Shown: positions 56,584-64,000 of the stretch, in pieces
How the letters are laid out: each line of letters begins with the position of its first letter
How positions within the stretch are numbered: the first letter of the stretch is position 1
Source of the DNA: Candidatus Lustribacter sp.
Lineage (GTDB): Bacteria; Vulcanimicrobiota; Vulcanimicrobiia; Vulcanimicrobiales; Vulcanimicrobiaceae
Reading direction: 5' to 3'
NCBI GenBank assembly: GCA_965277805.1
Contig: OZ255842.1
Span: 3,520,001-3,584,000 of the forward strand
DNA: 64,000 bases
Program-made: the position numbers and the translations under genes
Notes under the pieces: generated by a model
What the model was told of the DNA's origin: nothing
The model's input: the letters and a program-made list of their open reading frames with translations, nothing else
The model's database searches: none

Positions 56584-57889
56584 CGGCCGCGTCGAGATTC
56601 AGGTGAATCTCTTCGTGCCCGAGGTCGTAATCGCGCTCGTGATGGCCGAGCGCTTGCGCGTCGAGCGGATCGAGGCGGTCGGCCTCGAGCGTCTCGCGCT
56701 CGAGATCGACCTCGTCGTACTCCTCATCGGTGAAGCTATGATCACGATCGTGCTGGACCTCGCCGAAGACGGCGGTGTCGGTCGACGTTTCGATCCGGCG
56801 GCGCTTGTACTTCGGCGGGGCACCCGGCGCGCGCCGCGGCGATTGGCGTTCGCGTTCGCGACGCGCTTTGCGCGCTGCAAGGATCTCGGCGCGATCGGCG
56901 TCGGTGCGGGCTTGCGCGCGCGCTTCGGCCACCGTGCGCGGCTGCGCGTCGAGCGATGCCCGGCGCAGTGCCGCGCGCGCGCCGATCGTCTTCTGGAACG
57001 ACGCCACGAGCGGCGCGGAGTAAAAGATCGAGTGGTAGCCGCCCGAGCAAATGCCGACCAGCAGCGCGAAGGCGAAATTCTGCAGCGACGCGCCGCCGAA
57101 GGCCAAGAGCGCGACGAGCGTGATGACCACGGTCGCAAGCGTGTTGACCGAGCGCGTCATCGTTTGCAAGATCGACGTGTTCACGATCTTGTCGAACGGT
57201 TCGCCCGCCATGATCTTCGTGTTCTCGCGAATCCGGTCGAGGATCACGATCGTGTCCATGACCGAATACCCGATGACCGTCAGCACGGCGGCCAGGAACG
57301 CATCGTCGACGCGCTTGTCGGCCAGTGAGTAGATGCCGATCATCATCGCCGAGTCGCGCACGAGCGCGATGATCGTGACCAGACCGAAGATGTAGTTCCA
57401 GCCGAAGCGGAACGCGATGTAGAGGAACTGGATCGCGATCGCAATGACCAGCGCTTTGAGCGCGTTGATCAGGTACTCGGTCGCAAGCGACGGCCCCACG
57501 GTCGAGATCGATGACGACGCACGATCGACCGGAGCCACGCTGCCCAGCGCCTTCCACAGCGGATCGGTCACGTTGCCGAAGTCGGTTTGCGTTTCGATCG
57601 TATAGCGCTCGCCCGGCGTTTCGCCGGGTTTGCTCAGCGTGTTGATCTGCGCGTCGGTGACCTTGATGCCGGCCAGCGCTTTGACGATCGCATCACGATC
57701 GACGGGGCGCGTGAACTTCGCGGTGACGTCGGTACCGCCGGTGAACGAGAGGCCCAGACGCAGCGGCGTACCGGTCGTGACCCAGTGATAGATCATCGAT
57801 GCGATGCCGAGCGCGATGATCGCATACGAGATGATCGAGACGGTGCGCAGCCAGCCGACGACGTTCCAATTCAGGCGGCGAAAAAACAT
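56561..57889 (-). CDS. secF: Protein translocase subunit SecF with long charged C-terminal extension
   Basis: LGLSFTGGT, VGPS, IGYSVMDTIVILDRIREN. Confidence 0.93.
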   Translation of the reverse strand: MFFRRLNWNVVGWLRTVSIISYAIIALGIASMIYHWVTTGTPLRLGLSFTGGTDVTAKFTRPVDRDAIVKALAGIKVTDAQINTLSKPGETPGERYTIETQTDFGNVTDPLWKALGSVAPVDRASSSISTVGPSLATEYLINALKALVIAIAIQFLYIAFRFGWNYIFGLVTIIALVRDSAMMIGIYSLADKRVDDAFLAAVLTVIGYSVMDTIVILDRIRENTKIMAGEPFDKIVNTSILQTMTRSVNTLATVVITLVALLAFGGASLQNFAFALLVGICSGGYHSIFYSAPLVASFQKTIGARAALRRASLDAQPRTVAEARAQARTDADRAEILAARKARRERERQSPRRAPGAPPKYKRRRIETSTDTAVFGEVQHDRDHSFTDEEYDEVDLERETLEADRLDPLDAQALGHHERDYDLGHEEIHLNLDAADETPHKN

Positions 57890-57890
57890 C

Positions 57891-59165
57891 TTATGCGCCG
57901 TACGCCTTCTGATCGTTTACGAGGTTGTTCTCCACGACGAGGTCGACGAAGAACCGCGTAACGAACACGGCGGTGAAGAGCGAGAAGGCGGTACCCCAGA
58001 ACAGCGTATAGGCGAAGCCCTTCACCGTACCGGTACCGAGCAAGAACAGGACGCCCGCGCCGACGATCGTCGTGACGTGGCTATCGAACACCGACGTGAA
58101 CGCGCGGCGGAAGCCGATCTTCACGGCCGAGCGCAGCGACTTGCCGGCCCACAGTTCTTCTTTGAGACGCTCGAAGATCAGGACGTTCGCGTCGACCGCC
58201 ATGCCGATCGAGAGCACGAAGCCGGCGATGCCGGGCAGCGTGAGCACGGCGTGCGCGGCCGAGAGCAGCGCCAACAGCGCCAGCACGTACACGACCAGCG
58301 CGACGTCGGCGAGCAAGCCCGGCAGACGGTACATCACGGCCATGAAGATCAGCACGAGGCCGAGACCGACCATCGATGCGTACAGCGATTTCGTCAGATC
58401 TTCGGCGCCGAGCACCGGTCCGACGTCGTCCTTCGAAATAATGACGGTCGGGACGGGCAATGCGCCGGCGTTGAGTTCGTTTGCGAGCAGCGCGACTTGC
58501 TCTTCGGTGAACTGTCCCGTGATCTGACCCGAATCGGTGATGATGCCCTGGATCGTCGCGTCTTGGACGAACTTCTTGTCGAGGAACGTGCCGAGCTGTT
58601 TACCGAGATTGTTCTTGGTCAGCTGGCCGAATTTGTTAGAGTCCTTCAACTGGAAGTTGATCTGCGGCGCGCCGGACTGGCCGAAGGCGGCTTGCGCGCC
58701 CTTCAGCTCGGAGCCGCTATAGACGACCGGCCCCGAATCCTTGTATGCGCCGTTGGGATCGTTGGCGTACTTCGTATCGGAATTCGCCTTCGCGCTGACC
58801 TGCGGCGGCACGATCTTGAATTCGAGCACGGCCTCTTGCTTGAGGAGTTGCTCGGCTTCGTCGGCGTTCTTGACCGCGGGCAGCTCGACCAGCAAACGGT
58901 TCGTGCCTTCCTTGGAAATCACGGGTTCCGAGACGCCCAGGCCGTTGACGCGATTTTGCACGACGGTTTCGACCTGGTTTTGCACGTCGGAGGTGATCAC
59001 CGGGACTTCTTTGGTCGGCTGTAACTCGAGGAGCACGCGTGCTCCGCCTTGCAGGTCGAGACCGAGGTGGATCTTCTGCTGGATCGGGAGGATCGCCCAG
59101 ATGCACAGCCCTACCACGGCCAGGAGGAGGACCGCTTGAAGCGGCCTCTTGAGCTTATTCCACAT
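57891..59165 (-). CDS. secD: Protein translocase subunit SecD
   Basis: LGLDLQGG, GMAVDANVLIFER, VKGFAYTL. Confidence 0.96.
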   Translation of the reverse strand: MWNKLKRPLQAVLLLAVVGLCIWAILPIQQKIHLGLDLQGGARVLLELQPTKEVPVITSDVQNQVETVVQNRVNGLGVSEPVISKEGTNRLLVELPAVKNADEAEQLLKQEAVLEFKIVPPQVSAKANSDTKYANDPNGAYKDSGPVVYSGSELKGAQAAFGQSGAPQINFQLKDSNKFGQLTKNNLGKQLGTFLDKKFVQDATIQGIITDSGQITGQFTEEQVALLANELNAGALPVPTVIISKDDVGPVLGAEDLTKSLYASMVGLGLVLIFMAVMYRLPGLLADVALVVYVLALLALLSAAHAVLTLPGIAGFVLSIGMAVDANVLIFERLKEELWAGKSLRSAVKIGFRRAFTSVFDSHVTTIVGAGVLFLLGTGTVKGFAYTLFWGTAFSLFTAVFVTRFFVDLVVENNLVNDQKAYGA

Positions 59166-59256
59166 ACCGTTGTTTCGGGGAAGGGGAGAACCCCGGAATC
59201 GTAGCAGGTCCGGGAAAGAGCGTCAAACCACCAATGCCTTCGTTTGAAGGAGGGCC

Positions 59257-59691
59257 GTGCAGGATACCAAGGGCGTCGATGCAGGACTCCTGCAGTCGCG
59301 GTACCGGCTGACCAAGCAGCGCGCGGCAATTTTGCGTGCCCTGGAAGACGGGCGGCACCTCAGCGCCGAGGAGATCCTCGAGCGCGTACGGGCGCAATTG
59401 TCCGGCGTCAGTCTGGGAACGATCTACCGCACGCTCGATATTCTCCGCAGCATCGGACTCGTGCAGATCTTCTCCCACGCCGGCGCCGCCGCCAAATACG
59501 AAGCGGCGCTCGAGAAGCATCACCACCTGGTGTGCACGCAGTGCGGCGAGGTGATCAACGTGAGCGTCAACGAGGCGCTCGCGCTCTCACAAACGATCGC
59601 GCAAGAACACGGCTTCAACAACGTCGATTGCGCGCTGGTGGTGACCGGACGCTGCGCGCGCTGTTCCGACACTCCCCCCGGCGCGAACTAG
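59257..59691 (+). CDS. Fur-family transcriptional regulator
   Basis: RLTKQR, HLSAEE, TIYRTL, HHHLVCTQCG, CxxC. Confidence 0.9.
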   Translation: MQDTKGVDAGLLQSRYRLTKQRAAILRALEDGRHLSAEEILERVRAQLSGVSLGTIYRTLDILRSIGLVQIFSHAGAAAKYEAALEKHHHLVCTQCGEVINVSVNEALALSQTIAQEHGFNNVDCALVVTGRCARCSDTPPGAN

Positions 59692-59693
59692 AT

Positions 59694-60239
59694 ATGCAAC
59701 GACTCCCGAATCTCGACCCGGCCAAGCTGACGCCAGAACAAAAACGCGCCTACGACGAAGTCGCCGCCGCCCATACGGGCAACGTGCGCGGACCGTGGGC
59801 CATCGCATTGCGCGATCCCGAACTTCTGTATCACGCGCACAAACTCTACGACCGGTTGTGCGTTGGAACGAAACTCGGCGAACGATTGTTCGAGCTGATG
59901 GTGCTGACCGTCGCGCGCCACTGGACCTCGCAGTTCGAATGGGCGACGCACGAACGCAAGGCGCGCGAGGTCGGCGTTCCGCCCGCCGTGATCGAGGCGA
60001 TTCGCCACAACCGCGTGCCGCACTTCGAGCGTGAAGACGAACAGATCGTGTACGACACCGTGATCGAGCTCGAGCAAACGACCCAGCTGGGCACGCAATC
60101 CTACGAGCGGGCGCGCGCGTTCTTCGGCGAGGATCTGCTGGTCGAGCTGATCTCCGCCGCCGGTCTGTACACGATGATCGCGATGCTGCTCAACGCCTTC
60201 AATGCACCAATCCCCGCGACCGCGGAGCCGCTGCAGTGA
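59694..60239 (+). CDS. Carboxymuconolactone decarboxylase family protein
   Basis: RGPW, QFEWATH. Confidence 0.8.
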   Translation: MQRLPNLDPAKLTPEQKRAYDEVAAAHTGNVRGPWAIALRDPELLYHAHKLYDRLCVGTKLGERLFELMVLTVARHWTSQFEWATHERKAREVGVPPAVIEAIRHNRVPHFEREDEQIVYDTVIELEQTTQLGTQSYERARAFFGEDLLVELISAAGLYTMIAMLLNAFNAPIPATAEPLQ

Positions 60240-60712
60240 ACCCCGTACGGCGCGTTGTAACGGGCCACGCCGTGGACGGCGAAGCGAAAGTGCTCTTCGA
60301 TAACGCGATCACCGAAGTGAAGCGCGGCAAGTCGGGCTTGCTCACGCATCTCTGGAACACCAAAGCGACGCCGGCGGACATTGCGATCGGCGAAACCATC
60401 GACGATCCGGGCAAAGAGCCGCACATCACGGCACCGCCGGCCGGCGGTTCGCGCTTCGTCATCATCGACTACCCGCCGGGCAACAGCGGCACGATGCACC
60501 GTACCGAAACGATCGACTACATCGTGGTGCTCGCCGGCGAGATCGATATGGACATGGACGACTCGAGCGTGCACTTGAAAGCCGGCGACGTGATGGTGCA
60601 GCGCGGCACGAACCACGCTTGGTTCAACCGCGGTATCGAAAACGCGCGCGTCGCCTTCGTCCTGATCGACGCCGAACCGCTCGGCATCGGACACCCCCGC
60701 CTCCACGAATAA
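60236..60712 (+). CDS. Cupin domain protein
   Basis: MHRTETIDY, VQRGTNHAW. Confidence 0.85.
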   Translation: MNPVRRVVTGHAVDGEAKVLFDNAITEVKRGKSGLLTHLWNTKATPADIAIGETIDDPGKEPHITAPPAGGSRFVIIDYPPGNSGTMHRTETIDYIVVLAGEIDMDMDDSSVHLKAGDVMVQRGTNHAWFNRGIENARVAFVLIDAEPLGIGHPRLHE

Positions 60713-60763
60713 CCACCCTGGTCGGTGCATCCGGATCGACGAGCAGCGGGTCTTAGATAAGCT

Positions 60764-61768
60764 ATGCCTGCGCTTTCATTCCTCGACCTGGTCCGTATCC
60801 GTAAGGATGATGCATCCCCGCGCGAAGCGCTAAATCGTGCGGCTGACCTCGCCAAGTACGCGGAGCAGCTCGGGTTCGAGCGCTATTGGGTGGCCGAGCA
60901 CCACAATATGCGCGGGATCGGCAGTGCCGCGACCTCGATCGTGATCGCGCACATCGCGGAAGCCACGTCGACGATCCGCATCGGCTCGGGCGGGATCATG
61001 CTGCCCAATCACTCGCCGCTGGTGATCGCCGAACAATTCGGTACGCTGGCCGCCCTCTACGGCGATCGCATCGACCTGGGCCTCGGCCGCGCGCCCGGAA
61101 CCGACGGCTACGCATCGCGCGCGCTGCGCCGCGGTGGCGAAGCGGCGGAGCGCTTCCCGCAAGACGTTTTGGAACTGCAGCAACTGCTCGACGATCCGAT
61201 ACCGAACCAGGCGGTCATTGCGACACCCGGCGCCGGCACGCACGTGCCGATCTGGATCCTCGGATCGAGCCTCTTCGGTGCGCGGCTCGCAGCCGAACTC
61301 GGCCTGCCGTTCGGTTTCGCATCGCACTTCGCGCCGCAGGGCCTCGACGCCGCGCTCAACGTCTACCGCAGCAACTTCAAACCGTCGGAACAACTCGCCG
61401 CGCCGTACGCGCTGATCGGCGTCATCGCCGTCGCCGCCGACACGGACGCCGAAGCGAAGCGCCTCGCGACGACCGCGCAGATGGCATCGACCAACATTCT
61501 GCGTGACGCGCGCAACTTGAGTCTGCCGCCGATCGACGACATCGACGACTACTGGACGCCGCAAGAGAAGCCGCACGTGCTCGAGCGCATGACGTGCAGC
61601 GCAATCGGCAGCCCCGAGACCGTACGCGATCGCCTCGCAGCGATCGCGGAACGTACGCAGGCCGACGAGTTCATGATCGTCTCCGACATCTACGATCACG
61701 ATGCCCGCAAACATTCCCTCGAACTAACCCTCGCCGCGACGAAAGGCTTGATCGCCGCGAAGGTGTAG
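60764..61768 (+). CDS. Luciferase-like LLM oxidoreductase (YhbW-like)
   Basis: [31 protein letters not shown]. Confidence 0.9.
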   Translation: MPALSFLDLVRIRKDDASPREALNRAADLAKYAEQLGFERYWVAEHHNMRGIGSAATSIVIAHIAEATSTIRIGSGGIMLPNHSPLVIAEQFGTLAALYGDRIDLGLGRAPGTDGYASRALRRGGEAAERFPQDVLELQQLLDDPIPNQAVIATPGAGTHVPIWILGSSLFGARLAAELGLPFGFASHFAPQGLDAALNVYRSNFKPSEQLAAPYALIGVIAVAADTDAEAKRLATTAQMASTNILRDARNLSLPPIDDIDDYWTPQEKPHVLERMTCSAIGSPETVRDRLAAIAERTQADEFMIVSDIYDHDARKHSLELTLAATKGLIAAKV

Positions 61769-61769
61769 C

Positions 61770-63788
61770 CTATGCGAGGACCGCGGCCGGCTCGAGTTCG
61801 ACGCCGGGCGGGATTTCGCTGAAGGCGTAGACTTCGACGCGTGGGCCCACGCGGTCGAAGAACTCCGCAAGCAGCGGGCGCAGCGACGCGGTGACGACCA
61901 CGGCATGCGGCGCGAACGATGGATCGGCGAGAAACTGCTCGACGCCTTCGCGGACGCGACGGGCGGTGTGCGGGTCGGGGGCAAGGCCGGTTTCGCAGTT
62001 CCACATCCGCGCGAGCTCCGCGTCGAACTCCGGCGCTAGGATCAATGGGCGTATGCGGGTGACGGAATCGCGGCGGAATTGCTGCGGCACGATGATGCGG
62101 CGTACGGCTTCGGCCAGATCGCGTGGTTCACGTGCGTGCGGTGCGGCATCGAGCATCGCCTCGAAGACCGCGATCGGATCGCGCGGCCAGGCGCGCTCTC
62201 GAAGCAGCAACGCGACGGCGCGATGCGCGGTGACGATCGGCAACGCGTCCGAGCCGACGTCTTTTACGATCGACGGCACCTGCGCGCGCAAGTGCTCGAG
62301 CAGCGTCTGGAATTCTTGGCGGCCGAAAAGCTCCGCCGCGTTCGCACGGACGATTTCGGAGAGATGCGAGCCGATGATCGAGATCGCATCGAACGCCAGT
62401 GCTCCCGCCGCTTGCGCGAGGTCGCGCGCTTCAGGCAGAATCGATTTCGCCGTGAGCCCGTAGACGGGTTCGAGACACGGTTCGCCTTCGATGTGCGCGA
62501 GCACGGGTTCCGGTGCGACGGCGAGGAGGCGGTCGAGCCGGAGTCGTCCTTCGCCGGCGATGCGATCGCGCACGCGGATCGCGTAGGTGTCGGGTGCGCG
62601 CAAGCCGTCGTCGCGCAAACGCACACCCGGGATGACGATGCCCGTCTCCGCGGCAAGCGCGCGGCGCACGTCGCCGATGCGGTCGAGCAGCGCGTCGGCG
62701 TTCGGCGGCGCGAGCAATCCGTAGAGGTCGGTGCCGACGTCGATCGAGAGCGCGTCGACGCCGACCAGCGCAAACGCCGACTCAGGCCGGCGCACCGCGT
62801 CTTTGCGGCGCCGCTCGGCGGCCGCCCGGAGCGCGTCGTCGGCCCGCTTGCGGCGGGCGCCCGAGACCGATGCCCCGCCGAACGCGGCGAGTGCGAGCGC
62901 GCCGAACACCGGCGCCGGCAATGCCGGCACGAACGCCAGCACCGCCATCAGCACACCGGCCGTGCGCAGCGCGTCGGGGCGCGCGATCAGTTGCGCCGCG
63001 AGGTCGACCGCCAGCGCGCCTTCGCCCGCGACGCGCGTCACCATCAGCCCCATCGACGTGGAGATGAGGAACGCGGGCAGCGTGGTGACGAGCGCGTTGC
63101 CGATCGAAAGAATGGCGAACGTCTGCAGCGCGTCGAGCGGTCCCATGCCGTGGTAGAACACGCCGACCACCAGGCCACCGGCGAGGTTGAGCGCGACGAT
63201 CACCAGCGCCGCGATTGCATCGCCCTTGACGAACTTACCCGCGCCGTCCATCGCCGCGTAAAAGTCGGCCTCCCGCTGCACGCGCGCGCGTTTGCGGCGC
63301 GCGCCGTCGGCGTCGACCACGCCCGCGTGCACGTCGGCATCAATCGCCATTTGTTTTCCGGGCATCGCATCGAGCGTGAACCGCGCGGAGACTTCGGCGA
63401 CGCGCTGCGCGCCGCTCGCGATCACGATGAACTGGATCGTGATCAGAATAGCGAACACGATCAGACCGACGACGATGTTTCCGCGCACGACGAACGCGCC
63501 GAACGCCGGAATGATCGCGCCCACGCCGTCCGCCAGGTGGCCTTGCGTAAGGATGAGGCGCGTCGCGCTCACGTCGAGCGACAAGCGGAACAGCGTCGCA
63601 AGCAGCAACGCCGGCGGGAACGACGAGAATTCCAAGGGCTCTTCGACGCGCAAGCTCAGCAGCAGGATCAGCGCCGACCCGAAGATGTTCAGCGCCAGCA
63701 GCGCATCGAGCACGGCCGGCGGCAGCGGAACGATGAGGATTGCGACGATCGAGAGCACCGCCGCCGCGAACACGGCGTTCGGCTTCAT
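61770..63788 (-). CDS. flhA: Flagellar export apparatus protein FlhA
   Basis: RVAEVSARFTLDAMPGKQMAIDAD, MDGAGKFVKGDAIA. Confidence 0.9.
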   Translation of the reverse strand: MKPNAVFAAAVLSIVAILIVPLPPAVLDALLALNIFGSALILLLSLRVEEPLEFSSFPPALLLATLFRLSLDVSATRLILTQGHLADGVGAIIPAFGAFVVRGNIVVGLIVFAILITIQFIVIASGAQRVAEVSARFTLDAMPGKQMAIDADVHAGVVDADGARRKRARVQREADFYAAMDGAGKFVKGDAIAALVIVALNLAGGLVVGVFYHGMGPLDALQTFAILSIGNALVTTLPAFLISTSMGLMVTRVAGEGALAVDLAAQLIARPDALRTAGVLMAVLAFVPALPAPVFGALALAAFGGASVSGARRKRADDALRAAAERRRKDAVRRPESAFALVGVDALSIDVGTDLYGLLAPPNADALLDRIGDVRRALAAETGIVIPGVRLRDDGLRAPDTYAIRVRDRIAGEGRLRLDRLLAVAPEPVLAHIEGEPCLEPVYGLTAKSILPEARDLAQAAGALAFDAISIIGSHLSEIVRANAAELFGRQEFQTLLEHLRAQVPSIVKDVGSDALPIVTAHRAVALLLRERAWPRDPIAVFEAMLDAAPHAREPRDLAEAVRRIIVPQQFRRDSVTRIRPLILAPEFDAELARMWNCETGLAPDPHTARRVREGVEQFLADPSFAPHAVVVTASLRPLLAEFFDRVGPRVEVYAFSEIPPGVELEPAAVLA

Positions 63789-64000
63789 GCGGCGAGCACG
63801 CCGGCGCGGATGAGCGCCGAGATGGCCGTGGCGACCGCGACGAACGATTCGGCCGGAATCGGACGTCCCGCCTCGCCGCAGCGCCACAAGAGCCGCGCGA
63901 GTGCGATGTCCTCGACAACCGGAATGCGCGCGCGGTCGGCGATGGCGCGCACGTCGAGCGCAACCGCATCGGCCGCGCGCACGAGGATCTCGGGCACCGG
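63785..64000 (-). CDS. flhB: Flagellar export protein FlhB, C-terminal part
   Basis: IPVVEDIALARLL..IP..FVAVA; directly upstream of flhA. Confidence 0.75.
   Translation of the reverse strand, partial: PVPEILVRAADAVALDVRAIADRARIPVVEDIALARLLWRCGEAGRPIPAESFVAVATAISALIRAGVLAA

Noticed and set aside
61770-64000. Non-flagellar type III injectisome
   Set aside because: The flhB-flhA order is the usual flagellar arrangement; nothing in the window indicates an injectisome.

Overview
High-GC bacterial chromosomal segment. Gene content and style suggest Candidatus Eremiobacterota/Vulcanimicrobiota, but this is an unverified inference. Housekeeping genes (rpsF, ssb, rel, apt, secD, secF, a Fur-family regulator, flhA, part of flhB) flank about 45 kb dominated by aromatic-catabolism genes: ligABC, Rieske oxygenases, decarboxylases, three FAH-family proteins, a gentisate-type and an extradiol dioxygenase, a hydroxycinnamoyl-CoA pathway, and six ABC substrate-binding proteins with no permease. 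Two observations stand out. (1) A 54-bp tandem-repeat peptide gene lies directly upstream of a prolyl-4-hydroxylase-like/ATP-grasp fusion, a candidate new peptide-modification (RiPP-like) system. (2) A palindromic promoter architecture, TGCCA-N6-TGGCAC-N10-nAnnnT, occurs three times with identical spacing, each time before DNA-metabolism genes (ssb, an HNH-like nuclease, and a DEDDh exonuclease plus nuclease-helicase operon), a candidate DNA-damage regulon. Also noted: an apparent ATC start codon for ssb, an orphan Hcp with a signal peptide, an AT-rich insert replacing the middle of a Rieske oxygenase, an MFS fusion protein, a HIRAN-RecQ helicase and REP-like repeats. All product calls come from recognising motifs by eye; no searches were run.
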